Source: Nautilia profundicola AmH (GTDB lineage Bacteria; Campylobacterota; Campylobacteria; Campylobacterales; Nautiliaceae). Taken from it: 32,000 bases of DNA. The notes under the pieces were generated by a model. The model worked only from the letters and a program-made list of their open reading frames with translations, made no database searches and was not told where the DNA came from. Location: contig NC_012115.1 of assembly GCF_000021725.1 (NCBI RefSeq), positions 975,408 through 1,007,407 of the forward strand, given 5' to 3'. Of the stretch, positions 7,564 to 17,357 are shown piece after piece (the first letter of the stretch is position 1; every line of letters starts with the position of its first letter). The translations under genes and the position numbers were made by a program.

Positions 7564-9281
7564 TTAATTATCTCCATAACTTTTTCAAGAGCCATGTCTT
7601 TTTCAACTTCGAACTTCTCGCCCGTGCGTCTGTCTCTTACTTCCACTTTTCCGTCTTTAAGTTTTTTTCCTACAATAACACATACAGGAAATCCCACAAG
7701 TTCAAAATCCGCAATTTTAGGCCCGAATCTCTCTGCTCTGTCGTCAAGTATAGTTTTAACTCCCGCACTTGTCAGTTTATCATACAAATCTTCAGCAAAA
7801 ATTAACTGCTCGTCCTTTTTAACATCCCCTACAATTATATCAACCACAAAAGGAGCAATCTGTTTAGGCCATATGATTCCTTTGTCATCATGGTTTTGCT
7901 CTATTGCGGCGGAAATCAGTCTGCTGACACCTATTCCGTAACAACCCATGATAAACGGTTTGGCTTTACCGTTTTCATCTAAAAACGTAGCGTTCATAGG
8001 TTCGCTGTAAACAGTTCCTAATTTAAAAATATGCCCTACTTCGATACCTTTTGTTATTTTCAAAGGAGCTCCGCATTTCGGGCATTTATCGCCTTCTTTT
8101 ACAGCGGCTATATCCCTGTATACAGTGAGGTTTCCGAGCAGATTCGCATCAAGAAGCCCGGCGCCTTTGATGTGATAGTCTTTTTTATTCGCACCGCATA
8201 CAAGCTCTTCCGCCATTCTTAAATCATCGTCTATTATATATCTCACGCTGCTTGGAAGCCCGAACGGTCCGATAAATCCAGGTACAAGTCCCACAGCTTC
8301 AAGTTCTTCCTCGCTTGCGTCCACAAGTTCAAGCGCACCTACGGCATTTGTGGCTTTTGTTTCTTCCAATGTATCGGTTCCACGAACAAAAAACACCACT
8401 ATTTCACTTTTCCCGTCATCATATATAGCTTTTTTAACAACCGCTTTTATACTGAAATACGGATCAACACCTATAAAGTTACACACATCTTCAATAGATT
8501 TCATATCAGGAGTATGTACTTCCTCAATTACTTCCGTTTTTACAGGGTTTTCTCTTTTTTCATGTTTTCTTGTAGCCACTTCTATATTTGCGGCGTAATC
8601 ACACTCGCTGCATACTACGATATCATCTTCACCCGTATCCGCAAGCACCATAAATTCTTTAGACCCGCTTCCGCCTATCGCTCCACTGTCCGCCCATACG
8701 GCTCTGAAGTCAAGTCCCAGTTTAGTGAAAATATTTTTATACGTCTCTTCCATTAAATTAAATTCCCTGTCCAAATCCTCTTCGGTTGCATGAAACGAAT
8801 ATGCGTCTTTCATTATAAATTCACGACCTCTTAAAAGCCCGAATCTCGGTCTTGCTTCATCTCTGAATTTAAGGTTTATCTGATAAAGATTTACAGGCAG
8901 CTGTTTATAACTTTTAATAGTTCCTCTAACGAGATCAACCACACTCTCTTCGTTTGTAGGAGCAAGTACGAAGCTCTGGTCTTTTCTGTCTTTGATTCTT
9001 AGTAATTCTTTTCCGTATTTTTTAGCCCTTCCGGTCTCTTCCCAAAGTTCGTTAGGAGTTACGAATGTAAGCATTACTTCCTGCGCTCCAGAAGCGTCCA
9101 TCTCTTTTTTGATGATATCCCTGATATTATCAAGCACCATTTTTCCAAGAGGCGCAAAATCATATATTCCTGCGGCCACCTGCTTGATATACCCGCCTCT
9201 TACCAGGTACTTGTGGCTTGCAACCACAGCGTCTTTCGGTGCTTCTTTTTGTGTATAGGCAAAAAATCTACTCCATCTCAT
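7557..9281 (-). CDS. proS: Proline--tRNA ligase (bacterial type with editing insertion domain)
   Basis: 574 aa. The N-terminus MRWSRFFAYTQKEAPKDAVVASHKYLVRGGYIKQVAAGIYDFAPLG and class II motifs (FRDEARPRFGLLRGREF, GCYGIGVSR) identify it. Confidence 0.97.
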   Translation of the reverse strand: MRWSRFFAYTQKEAPKDAVVASHKYLVRGGYIKQVAAGIYDFAPLGKMVLDNIRDIIKKEMDASGAQEVMLTFVTPNELWEETGRAKKYGKELLRIKDRKDQSFVLAPTNEESVVDLVRGTIKSYKQLPVNLYQINLKFRDEARPRFGLLRGREFIMKDAYSFHATEEDLDREFNLMEETYKNIFTKLGLDFRAVWADSGAIGGSGSKEFMVLADTGEDDIVVCSECDYAANIEVATRKHEKRENPVKTEVIEEVHTPDMKSIEDVCNFIGVDPYFSIKAVVKKAIYDDGKSEIVVFFVRGTDTLEETKATNAVGALELVDASEEELEAVGLVPGFIGPFGLPSSVRYIIDDDLRMAEELVCGANKKDYHIKGAGLLDANLLGNLTVYRDIAAVKEGDKCPKCGAPLKITKGIEVGHIFKLGTVYSEPMNATFLDENGKAKPFIMGCYGIGVSRLISAAIEQNHDDKGIIWPKQIAPFVVDIIVGDVKKDEQLIFAEDLYDKLTSAGVKTILDDRAERFGPKIADFELVGFPVCVIVGKKLKDGKVEVRDRRTGEKFEVEKDMALEKVMEIINN

Positions 9282-9526
9282 TAAATCTCCTTAACATATT
9301 CGTGTTTTTTACTTTTTGGAATCGTTTTGGTTTCTGGAATCTGCAAAACTTCATATTTTTTAATTCCGCTTAAGTAGTGAATCTCTATCGTATCACCCAC
9401 TTTTACGTCTTTTGCCGGTTTTGCTTTTTTACCGTTTATAAAAACAACGCCTTCTTTGCACATTTCATCGGCAATTGAGCGTCTTTTTACGATGTTTACC
9501 GCATTTAAAAACTTGTCTATTCTCAA
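9281..9526 (-). CDS. S4-domain RNA-binding protein
   Basis: 81 aa. MRIDKFLNAVNIVKRRSIADEMCKEGVVFINGKKAKPAKDVKVGDTIEI is a typical S4 alpha-L motif. Its stop overlaps the proS start by 1 nt (TAATG). Confidence 0.8.
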   Translation of the reverse strand: MRIDKFLNAVNIVKRRSIADEMCKEGVVFINGKKAKPAKDVKVGDTIEIHYLSGIKKYEVLQIPETKTIPKSKKHEYVKEI

Positions 9527-9638
9527 AACGTCCCTTTTTTTGTCAAATTATACAATATTTTATTAATTGAAAATTCGTAAGTGACAATGCAAAGATAATT
9601 TTTAGTATAATTTCATAAAATTTATTAAAAGGAATTCA

Positions 9639-10841
9639 ATGAAAGTTGTATTGGCATATAGTGGAGGACTTGATACAAGTATCATTCTTAAATGGCTTCA
9701 GGACACTTACAATGCGGAAGTTGTAACATTCACAGCTGACATCGGACAGGGTGAGGAAGTAGAAGAAGCGAGAGAAAAAGCAATAAAACTTGGTGTAAAA
9801 CCTGAAAATATTTTTATCGAAGATTTAAGAGAAGATTTTGTTAGAGATTACGTATTCCCAATGTTCAGGGCAAATGCGATTTATGAAGGCGAATATCTAC
9901 TTGGGACTTCAATCGCAAGACCTTTAATTGCAAAAAGACAGATCGAAATTGCTAAACAAGTCGGTGCTGAAGCTGTAGCACACGGAGCGACAGGAAAAGG
10001 AAACGACCAGGTAAGATTCGAACTCGGATATTATGCATTAAAACCTGATATCAAAGTAATCGCACCTTGGAGAGAATGGGATCTAAATTCAAGGGAAAAA
10101 CTGCTTGCATATGCGGAAAAACACGGTATTCCAATTAACAGACACGGTAAAAAATCTCCTTATTCAATGGATGCGAACCTTCTTCATATTTCATACGAAG
10201 GCGGAATTTTGGAAGATCCTTGGGCGGAACCTGAAGAAGATATGTGGAGATGGACGGTATCACCTGAAAAAGCTCCTGACAAGCCTGAATATATCGAAAT
10301 CGATTTTGAAAAAGGCGACGCGGTTGCAATTAACGGTGCGAGAATGACTCCTGCACAGATACTTGAAACACTAAACGAATACGGTAAAAAACACGGTATC
10401 GGAAGACTTGATATAGTTGAAAACAGATTTGTCGGAATGAAAAGCAGAGGTTGTTATGAAACTCCGGGAGGAACTATCCTTCTAAAAGCGCACAGAGCAA
10501 TTGAGAGCATTACACTTGATAAAGGTGAAGCTCACCTTAAAGACGAAATCATGCCTAAATACGCAGAGCTTATTTACAACGGATTCTGGTTCTCTCCTGA
10601 AAGGGAAGCTCTTCAAAAACTAATCGACCAGACTCAGGAAAACTGTGAAGGAACTGTAAGACTAAAACTTTACAAAGGAAACGTAACGGTAGTGGGAAGA
10701 AAATCGCCAAAATCACTTTTCAGCCCTGAATTCGCTACATTCGAAGAAGACAGCGTATATAATCAAAAAGACGCTGAAGGATTTATTAAACTAAACGCTC
10801 TTAGGTTTATTATCGAAGGATACGTAAGAGGCAAAAAATAA
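9639..10841 (+). CDS. argG: Argininosuccinate synthase
   Basis: 400 aa. Motifs are AYSGGLDTS (N-type ATP pyrophosphatase), [14 protein letters not shown] and [23 protein letters not shown]. Confidence 0.97.
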   Translation: MKVVLAYSGGLDTSIILKWLQDTYNAEVVTFTADIGQGEEVEEAREKAIKLGVKPENIFIEDLREDFVRDYVFPMFRANAIYEGEYLLGTSIARPLIAKRQIEIAKQVGAEAVAHGATGKGNDQVRFELGYYALKPDIKVIAPWREWDLNSREKLLAYAEKHGIPINRHGKKSPYSMDANLLHISYEGGILEDPWAEPEEDMWRWTVSPEKAPDKPEYIEIDFEKGDAVAINGARMTPAQILETLNEYGKKHGIGRLDIVENRFVGMKSRGCYETPGGTILLKAHRAIESITLDKGEAHLKDEIMPKYAELIYNGFWFSPEREALQKLIDQTQENCEGTVRLKLYKGNVTVVGRKSPKSLFSPEFATFEEDSVYNQKDAEGFIKLNALRFIIEGYVRGKK

Positions 10842-10924
10842 TTTTCTCTTATTTCCTTTTTTTCATATAAATAAGTGTCTGTCACCATATAACAAAAAAT
10901 ATATTTTATCATTTTTCCTAATAT

Positions 10925-10946
10925 CGGAAGGAAATTTATCCTTCCG
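10925..10946. terminator. Hairpin CGGAAGGA-AATTTA-TCCTTCCG in the convergent argG / rhodanese-like junction
   Basis: 8-bp perfect stem with a 6-nt loop, read directly. It overlaps the stop codon of the minus-strand gene. Neither side has an adjacent U-tract, so terminator function is uncertain. Confidence 0.3.
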
Positions 10947-11349
10947 TATGTGCCAAATGAGCTTCAATAAGATATTTAATGTCATCAGTCATCACATAAA
11001 CATTTTCATAACCTAATATATCTAATAAACCTTTTATTCTGCTTGCGAAAAATGCTTTTCTGCAAGCTACAACAATCGGCTGTGTCTTATCATCAGGCAA
11101 TATATCTATATAATCCGCAAATTCCGGGTAAGGAGTATAGTATGCATTAACAATTCCTGCTTCTTCTGCGTTTTGTGGATCTACTAAATGCGGAAGCGTA
11201 ACATCAAGTAAAATAGCTCCTACCTCTTTTAATAATTCTCTTGCTTTGTGAATATCAATATTTGCCAAATTTTCTTTCTCTTTGTTAAATGTAAGACTTT
11301 CTTTAAATCTTCCTACAACTTCATTTTCAAACTGTGTTAATTTTGCCAT
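10936..11349 (-). CDS. Hypothetical protein, possibly with a rhodanese-like fold
   Basis: 137 aa. The segment LLDVT...PIVVACRKAFFASRIKGLLDILGYENVYVM resembles the rhodanese layout (beta strand, Cys loop, helix, GF-x-V). The Cys-loop spacing is not canonical. It has a strong RBS AAGGAGGGTG and a minus-strand TATAAT (plus coordinates 11371-11376). Confidence 0.4.
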   Translation of the reverse strand: MAKLTQFENEVVGRFKESLTFNKEKENLANIDIHKARELLKEVGAILLDVTLPHLVDPQNAEEAGIVNAYYTPYPEFADYIDILPDDKTQPIVVACRKAFFASRIKGLLDILGYENVYVMTDDIKYLIEAHLAHTEG

Positions 11350-11404
11350 TTCACCCTCCTTTTTTTTTATATTATAACTCTAAACTCACACTAATTCAAG
11401 ATGA

Positions 11405-12055
11405 TTAATTTTTTACTTTTAATTCCTTTAACAGCTCTTTTACTTCTTCGTCACTTAACTGATGAAAATCATCATACCATCTTCCTACACTCATAAACAT
11501 TTCAGGAGTTTCTAAAATTTCCAAATGATGTGAAACACTCCTAAGCATATTTAAAATATTCTCATCTTTTGGAGCCACTGGCACAGCGATTATTATACTT
11601 CTTGGTAAATCCCTTGCAATACTCTGCGCGGCTAAATACATACTTGCACCAGTTGCTATTCCGTCATCAACCAAAATAACATCTCTTCCTTCAAGCGGAA
11701 CCGGATCATGTTTATATTTGTCTCTGAGTCTTGCCATTTCTTGAATTTTTTCAATACCTTTTTCCTGTAAATAACTTTCATCAACGCCAAATTTATCAAT
11801 TAATTCCTGATTTAAAAAAACAATGCCGTTTTCACTTACACTTCCGATAGCCAACTCTTCATTACCTGGAGCCGGAATTTTTTTAACAAACAATAAATCC
11901 AAAGGAGCATTAAGAGCCTTTGCAATTTCTACTCCAATAGGGACACCTCCTCTTGGAAGTGCAACAACTACCGGATCAACTATTTTCCCCTCCTCTTTTA
12001 ACTTCTTCAGCTTTTCAGCCAGCATCTTTCCGGCACTTCTTCTATTTTCATACAT
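11405..12055 (-). CDS. Phosphoribosyltransferase-family protein
   Basis: 216 aa. Motifs are VVVALPRGGVPIG and the PRPP-binding loop VILVDDGIATGASM. Confidence 0.8.
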   Translation of the reverse strand: MYENRRSAGKMLAEKLKKLKEEGKIVDPVVVALPRGGVPIGVEIAKALNAPLDLLFVKKIPAPGNEELAIGSVSENGIVFLNQELIDKFGVDESYLQEKGIEKIQEMARLRDKYKHDPVPLEGRDVILVDDGIATGASMYLAAQSIARDLPRSIIIAVPVAPKDENILNMLRSVSHHLEILETPEMFMSVGRWYDDFHQLSDEEVKELLKELKVKN

Positions 12056-12152
12056 TTTTGTCCTTTTTTTATTTAATTATATCAAATTGCTATTACTTTC
12101 TGATATAATTACAAATTATAATAACTCATAAGATTAACTTAAGGAGAGGGAA

Positions 12153-12761
12153 ATGAAAGACTTTATATTAAAGATGACGGCTTCGAAATGGAATTATTAT
12201 TTAAGTTTGTGTGTTGATTTTTTAACAGCTGTGGTTTTTTTAGGCTTAAGTATTTATTATTCTACTGATATATGGGCAAGTTTGGGACTGTTTATTGTAG
12301 GTGTGATATTTTTTACATTTTTGGAATATGCGGTTCATGCATGGCTGTTTCATAAAAACCATCCTTTTAAAGTATTTATCGAAGGGCATGCGCATCACCA
12401 TCAAAACCCTTTCAGTTACGACGCAATGCCGTTTTTTATGAGTGCGGTAATAGCATCGTTTTTTGCATGGCTTTTTCATTTTTTTATGCCGAGCAGCGAC
12501 GCATTTGCAATTGTCGGAGGTATGGCACTCGGATATTTCAACTACGGAATCATGCATCATATTATGCACAGACGTGAATTTGCAAGCAATTACTGGAGAT
12601 ATATGCAGGAGTTTCATTTTGTTCATCATAAAAAACCTCTTTTAAACCACGGTATTACAACAGATATCTGGGACAGAGTTTTCGGTACATATTATCAATG
12701 GACTGAAGAAGATCTAAAAGGAATAGAAAAACTTAAAAGAGTAAAGAAAAAAGCTTCTTAA
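12153..12761 (+). CDS. Fatty acid hydroxylase / sterol desaturase superfamily membrane protein
   Basis: 202 aa with TM segments and di-iron histidine boxes HAWLFH, HAHHH, HHIMH and HFVHH. An extended -10 TGATATAAT lies at 12101-12109. RBS is AAGGAGAGGG. Confidence 0.7.
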   Translation: MKDFILKMTASKWNYYLSLCVDFLTAVVFLGLSIYYSTDIWASLGLFIVGVIFFTFLEYAVHAWLFHKNHPFKVFIEGHAHHHQNPFSYDAMPFFMSAVIASFFAWLFHFFMPSSDAFAIVGGMALGYFNYGIMHHIMHRREFASNYWRYMQEFHFVHHKKPLLNHGITTDIWDRVFGTYYQWTEEDLKGIEKLKRVKKKAS

Positions 12762-15700
12762 GTTCTTTTTCATATTCTGTTTTCCCTTCTTCAATTTTAT
12801 CCATGATATTTTCCAGTTCAGCAGTAAACTCTTCACTTACAAAATCTTTAAAATCGCTTTTATAAACTTCTTTTATTATTCTAAATCCCAATTTTGTGGC
12901 AAATAGATATCCGTTTTTGTCTGTAATATATTTTCTTTTCAAAAGTTTTTCAATAATAATCGCATAAGTTGAAGGTCTGCCGATGCCTTTTGATCTCATT
13001 TCTTCAATTACTTCAGCATATGTATAAGGAGCGGCTTTCGGTTTTTGTCTTAATTCTTTAACAATTTTATTCTCACCCTCACTTATAATGTAAATATTGA
13101 TCGGATAAATGAGGTTATATCCGTTTTCGACAATTTCAGTAATAAAACTCTTCTCTTTTAATAAAATCAAAAACTTCTCTTTCAGTACTTTAGCTTCTTT
13201 CATTTGAGAAGCAATAAATTTTCTGAAAATCAAATCATAAAGTCTCAGATGTTCTTCCGAAAGAAGAATATTCCTTTCGAGCATATAACTTCTTAATTCA
13301 TCGGCATCCATTGAAGTTGTAGCTCTTATCGCCTCATGAGCCCCTTTGCTTTCAAAATTTCTGAATTTTAAATAATCTTTTGAAAAATTTTCCAATATAT
13401 ACGTTTTTGCTATCGCTTTACCGGTATCGGAAATTCTGTAAGAGTCTGTTCTGTGATACGTTATAAAGCCTTTTTCAAACAGTTCCTGTGCCAGCTGCAT
13501 TGTTTTTTGAGGAGAAAATCTTAGTTTGTTTGAGGCTTCTTTTAGTAAATCAGGTGTATTAAACGGTTTTTCAAACATTACTTCGGTGTTTGATGATAAT
13601 TTTTTAATATAAACACTCTCTTTCAACGAATTAAAAAACTCATTTGCTTCTTGTTTAGTATCAAACTCAAAATCTATCGAAACATTATTAAACCTGATAA
13701 TAACGACGTAAATTTTTTCTTTTAACAACCCGGTTCTTTCGCATATCCATTTTAAAACAGGTGTCTGAACCCTTCCGGCAGAAAGATGAGTGTTATTTAA
13801 AAGCCGTTGTAAATACAAAGAAATTTTAAACCCGACCCATCTGTCCGTAATTCTTCTAAAAAGCTGAGATTTAACAAGATTTAAATCAATTTCTCTTGGA
13901 ATGCTTAGCGCTTCTTCAAACGCCTGTTTGGTAATCTCATGAAACTCTATTCTTTTAATATTCATATTATAAGGCTTATTGATCATCGTTAAATCAAAAG
14001 CGATTTTTTCACCTTCCCTATCGGGGTCTGTGGCCGCATACACCTCCTCGACTTCATTTGCGTTAATATTTAACGTTTGAAGTATTTTATCTTTGTTTTC
14101 GAGCACATGAAAAATCGGAATCAGATCTTTTACACCCCAAACCCCTTCGTCTTTTACCAAATCAAAATCGTGTCCGATACTTGCCGCAATGATTAAAACC
14201 CTGTCTTGCGACAAAACCTCATACACCGCTACATTATTGATGATCCTTTTAGAAGGGTTACCGAAAAAAGAACTTATTGTTTTGGCTTTGGTAGGCGATT
14301 CGACTATAACAAAACTTGTCTTAAACTCCGTTTTAACATTTTCCGTTCTGCTTTTTTCAATCTCAGTTAAAACCTTTTTAATATCAACATCCTCCACATT
14401 TTTAAACTCGATTTCACCAAACCATTTAAGTTTCTTTTTTAATGAATAAAACGCTTTTTTATTATCCACAAGCAACAAGCTAAGCCCCTTAGTCAAATGT
14501 CCTTTGTAAAACCTGCTGCTTCTCCCGCTTGCCTGAATATAACCGGTTACATCGGCTATTATAAATTTTTCGCCGTCAAAACTAATATTTTCCGCCGTTT
14601 TTATAATATCTTCATATTTTTTTACGGTATTTTTAAATCTTATCAGTATATCCGCTATTTTTTGCTGTGTATTTACGTTGATTTTGGAGAGATAAATATA
14701 TTTTTTTAAATAATTCAAATCATTTTGTATTTCACTTACTTCCTTTTGAGATAAATTATTTTTTACAAGATACGGCAGGAGGCTTAGCATGATGAAATAA
14801 AAAGCCCTGAAATTTTCATCCTTTAAATTAAATTCAATTTTAGGGACCCCCACGAAAAGTGTATATTTAATATATTCCGGAAGATCAATGCCACGGGCTA
14901 AAGGGTTTTTATAGCTTGCAAACCCGACAAAAAAACATTTTCCTTCTTTAAATTCTTCCAAATGTTTTTCAAAATCTTCATATGAATACGCTTTGATATT
15001 TTTTGTATTTAAAAAATCTATATATTCATAAAGCGTATCTTTCGTTTCGTTTCCCGGTAAAAACAAAAGACCGCCTCTGCCGAGTTCGTTTATCCATTTA
15101 ACAGAGTGATCCCATGAATAGTTTTCATCATATAAATCCTCTATATTTCTTAAATTAAAATTAGGACGGCTCACCTCAAAGCCTAAAAGATATTTAAAAA
15201 GCAGTATTTTTTTCGATTTCGGGTTCGCCGTAGCGGATGAAACAATTAAATTTCCTTTTTTTGACACAGATTTTATTTCCGAATATTTTTGGTTTTTAAT
15301 TAATTCATACGTCTTTTCTATACTGTTTTTATCTATTCCTAAAAGCGTCAAAATATCAGCTATTTTTTTGCCGCTTTTTAATATGGAATCCACATCATCA
15401 ACAAATATTAACTCAAAATTCCGTTTTATTAAGGATCTGTTTTTGTACAAAAACTGCGTTGTGGTTATTAAAATATCATATTCGCCTTTTTCAATCAGTT
15501 CCTTTTCACTTTTTTTGCCCATATATGCAACGAATTCAATCCCCCACTTTTTATATTTCTCCGCCGCTTGAGCCACCAAAAGTTTTGTAGGAAATAAAAT
15601 ATATGAATTCTTTACAAACGCACTTAAAAGCAAACCGAACGTAGTCTTGCCAATCCCCGTAGACGCCAACAGAGCAAAAGAATTATCCAAAAAAAACCGT

Positions 15701-15951
15701 TTAGCCCACATTTTTTGAATTGAATTAAGTTCATTACCGCATTTAAATTTAAAAAACTCATTAAATTCGTTTACTTTTTTATCTGCAATGCAGTATTTTT
15801 CATAATTTAATAAATTTTCACAATTTTCTAAATTCCACTCTTTTTTCTTGCTTTTCATACATTCGTCACAAAACATTCCCTTATTAAGATTAACCGAAGA
15901 GATATCCCCACCACATCTTGGACATTCATTTTTATAAATTATGTGCAGCAT
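12733..15951 (-). CDS. rgy: Reverse gyrase (SF2 helicase-like domain fused to type IA topoisomerase)
   Basis: N-terminal Zn finger CPRCGG...CDEC; helicase motif I ASTGIGKTTFG; motif II FVDDVDS; TOPRIM IVESPTKAKTISSFFG and ATDPDREGEKIAFD; catalytic-Tyr motif ITYHRTDS. The track ORF extends to 15981. ATG 15951 (MLHIIYKNECPRCGG) has an AGGTG RBS at 5-nt spacing, and the extension overlaps promoter-like elements, so the shorter form is preferred. Confidence 0.95.
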   Translation of the reverse strand: MLHIIYKNECPRCGGDISSVNLNKGMFCDECMKSKKKEWNLENCENLLNYEKYCIADKKVNEFNEFFKFKCGNELNSIQKMWAKRFFLDNSFALLASTGIGKTTFGLLLSAFVKNSYILFPTKLLVAQAAEKYKKWGIEFVAYMGKKSEKELIEKGEYDILITTTQFLYKNRSLIKRNFELIFVDDVDSILKSGKKIADILTLLGIDKNSIEKTYELIKNQKYSEIKSVSKKGNLIVSSATANPKSKKILLFKYLLGFEVSRPNFNLRNIEDLYDENYSWDHSVKWINELGRGGLLFLPGNETKDTLYEYIDFLNTKNIKAYSYEDFEKHLEEFKEGKCFFVGFASYKNPLARGIDLPEYIKYTLFVGVPKIEFNLKDENFRAFYFIMLSLLPYLVKNNLSQKEVSEIQNDLNYLKKYIYLSKINVNTQQKIADILIRFKNTVKKYEDIIKTAENISFDGEKFIIADVTGYIQASGRSSRFYKGHLTKGLSLLLVDNKKAFYSLKKKLKWFGEIEFKNVEDVDIKKVLTEIEKSRTENVKTEFKTSFVIVESPTKAKTISSFFGNPSKRIINNVAVYEVLSQDRVLIIAASIGHDFDLVKDEGVWGVKDLIPIFHVLENKDKILQTLNINANEVEEVYAATDPDREGEKIAFDLTMINKPYNMNIKRIEFHEITKQAFEEALSIPREIDLNLVKSQLFRRITDRWVGFKISLYLQRLLNNTHLSAGRVQTPVLKWICERTGLLKEKIYVVIIRFNNVSIDFEFDTKQEANEFFNSLKESVYIKKLSSNTEVMFEKPFNTPDLLKEASNKLRFSPQKTMQLAQELFEKGFITYHRTDSYRISDTGKAIAKTYILENFSKDYLKFRNFESKGAHEAIRATTSMDADELRSYMLERNILLSEEHLRLYDLIFRKFIASQMKEAKVLKEKFLILLKEKSFITEIVENGYNLIYPINIYIISEGENKIVKELRQKPKAAPYTYAEVIEEMRSKGIGRPSTYAIIIEKLLKRKYITDKNGYLFATKLGFRIIKEVYKSDFKDFVSEEFTAELENIMDKIEEGKTEYEKELKKLFSLLF

Positions 15952-15986
15952 TTCGCACCTTTTTTTATTTGATAATAACATATTTG

Positions 15987-15995
15987 TGATATAAT
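15987..15995 (+). promoter_or_regulatory. Extended -10 (TGATATAAT) for the ClC gene
   Basis: The TG-N-TATAAT ends 24 nt upstream of ATG 16020. An AAAGGAAAA RBS-like stretch follows it. Confidence 0.4.
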
Positions 15996-16019
15996 TGAAC
16001 CTTACTGAAAAAGGAAAAT

Positions 16020-17345
16020 ATGATGATAAATATCATAAAACTTTTCAAACTGCCTTTAAGTAAGTTTTCAATATTCAGAAATTTTTTAATAGCTTCTTTT
16101 ATTACAGGTACTATAAGCGGTATTTTTGTCGTTATATATGACTTGTTAACGAAATATATATCAAGACTACTGTTTTTCGGAGATCCTTTAAATTCAATAC
16201 ATAAATTACCGATGTGGTATATCTTTTTTATTCCGATAGTGTCAATTATTATTATAAATCTGATTATTGCTTATGACAATAGTGTAAAAGAATACGGAGT
16301 TAGTGAAATTACCGAAATCGTTTCAGAAAACAGGGAAATGATTACGTTAAAAAATCTTTTTTTAAAAATTGTAGCTTCAGCACTTTCAATTGGTAGTGGC
16401 TTTGCAGTCGGAAACGAAGGTCCCTCAGCGGCAATAGGAGCCATGATTGCCTCAAAAATACATAAATTTATGAATTTACCTCAAAATCTTGTAAAACCAC
16501 TTATTAGTGTAGGTGCAAGCAGCGGGATTTCCGCTATTTTCGTATCTCCTATTACAGGAATTGCTTTTGCAATTGAAAGTATCGCTTCTAATTTTGTAAA
16601 AAGTTATATCTCATTTATTATTGTCGGTAGTTTAAGTGCCTTTACAATTTCTGTACAATATCTTAGTTCTTTTACGTTTATATATTCAGCCGGACGTGAA
16701 ATAGATTTTAGATATATATATTTAACCGCACTTTTTATTCCGTTTATTACTTTTTTTATCTATTTATATTTAATACTCCAGGACAAAATACTTTATTTAC
16801 TAAATTTAAAGCTTTTTAATAAATTCGGAAGATTTAAAGATATTATATTTGCAATAATCGGTGGAAGTGTTATTGCCTCTATTCTTATATTAAGCCCTTA
16901 CGCAGGATTTACAGGACATAACATTGTTACGATGCTTATTAATAATGAAAAAATAATTCCTCTTTTTTTAATATTCGAACTTCTTTTTTTAAGAATTATC
17001 GCCACTACGTTTTCAATATATTCTAATGCAATAGGAGGTATGTTCGTACCGCTGATGAGTATCGGAGCTCTTACCGGTTATGTATTCGGAGCTATTGCTT
17101 TTAAATTTCATGTAAATATTGAACCGTTTTATTTTGCAGCTATAGGTGCCGCCGTTTTTATGGGTGTACTTATGAAGCTGCCGTTTACTTCCATAGTACT
17201 CGCACTTGAAATCACCAATGATTATAATGTCGTGGTTGCTACCGGATTTAGTGTGGCTATAATTACATACCTTACAAGATTAAACTTCAATATTAAAAAA
17301 TTTAACACAATAAATATAAATTTTTCAAATCTTAAAATCCATTGA
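16020..17345 (+). CDS. ClC-family voltage-gated chloride channel / anion:proton antiporter homologue (no CBS domains)
   Basis: 441-aa polytopic protein. Motifs are GSGFAVGNEGPSAAIG (GREGP-type with the gating Glu), GGMFVPLMSIG (GxFxP) and LEITNDY (central Tyr motif). The first selectivity motif is divergent (EYGVSE instead of GSGIPE). Confidence 0.85.
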   Translation: MMINIIKLFKLPLSKFSIFRNFLIASFITGTISGIFVVIYDLLTKYISRLLFFGDPLNSIHKLPMWYIFFIPIVSIIIINLIIAYDNSVKEYGVSEITEIVSENREMITLKNLFLKIVASALSIGSGFAVGNEGPSAAIGAMIASKIHKFMNLPQNLVKPLISVGASSGISAIFVSPITGIAFAIESIASNFVKSYISFIIVGSLSAFTISVQYLSSFTFIYSAGREIDFRYIYLTALFIPFITFFIYLYLILQDKILYLLNLKLFNKFGRFKDIIFAIIGGSVIASILILSPYAGFTGHNIVTMLINNEKIIPLFLIFELLFLRIIATTFSIYSNAIGGMFVPLMSIGALTGYVFGAIAFKFHVNIEPFYFAAIGAAVFMGVLMKLPFTSIVLALEITNDYNVVVATGFSVAIITYLTRLNFNIKKFNTININFSNLKIH

Positions 17346-17357
17346 CCGCAGTCAATG
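17340..17357. promoter_or_regulatory. FNR/Crp-type operator candidate CATTGAC-CGCA-GTCAATG (TTGAC-N4-GTCAA core) upstream of hcp
   Basis: Perfect 7+7 inverted repeat with a 4-nt spacer, centred at 17348.5. A TAAAAT -10 candidate lies at 17378-17383, which implies a TSS near 17390 and puts the box at about -41.5. The box overlaps the ClC stop codon. Confidence 0.5.

Noticed and set aside
10842-10935. A small minus-strand ORF (MIKYIFCYMVTDTYLYEKKE...) starting in the argG / rhodanese-like spacer and running antisense into argG
   Set aside because: The putative SD (AGGA) is only about 3-4 nt from the ATG. The ORF overlaps the argG 3' end antisense, and the translation has no recognisable features.
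11360-11368. A/T homopolymer tracts between -10 and RBS (T9 at 11360-11368 upstream of the rhodanese-like gene, T8 at 19927-19934 upstream of the Crp/Fnr gene, and an A7 run before the rgy RBS) as phase-variation tracts
   Set aside because: They lie in 5' UTRs, where length changes would not alter the reading frame or promoter spacing. An A-rich leader before the SD appears to be a general feature of genes in this window.
15982-16019. A fluoride riboswitch (crcB motif) upstream of the ClC gene
   Set aside because: The spacer is too short and purely AT-rich promoter-like sequence. No conserved riboswitch-like GC-containing helices are visible.
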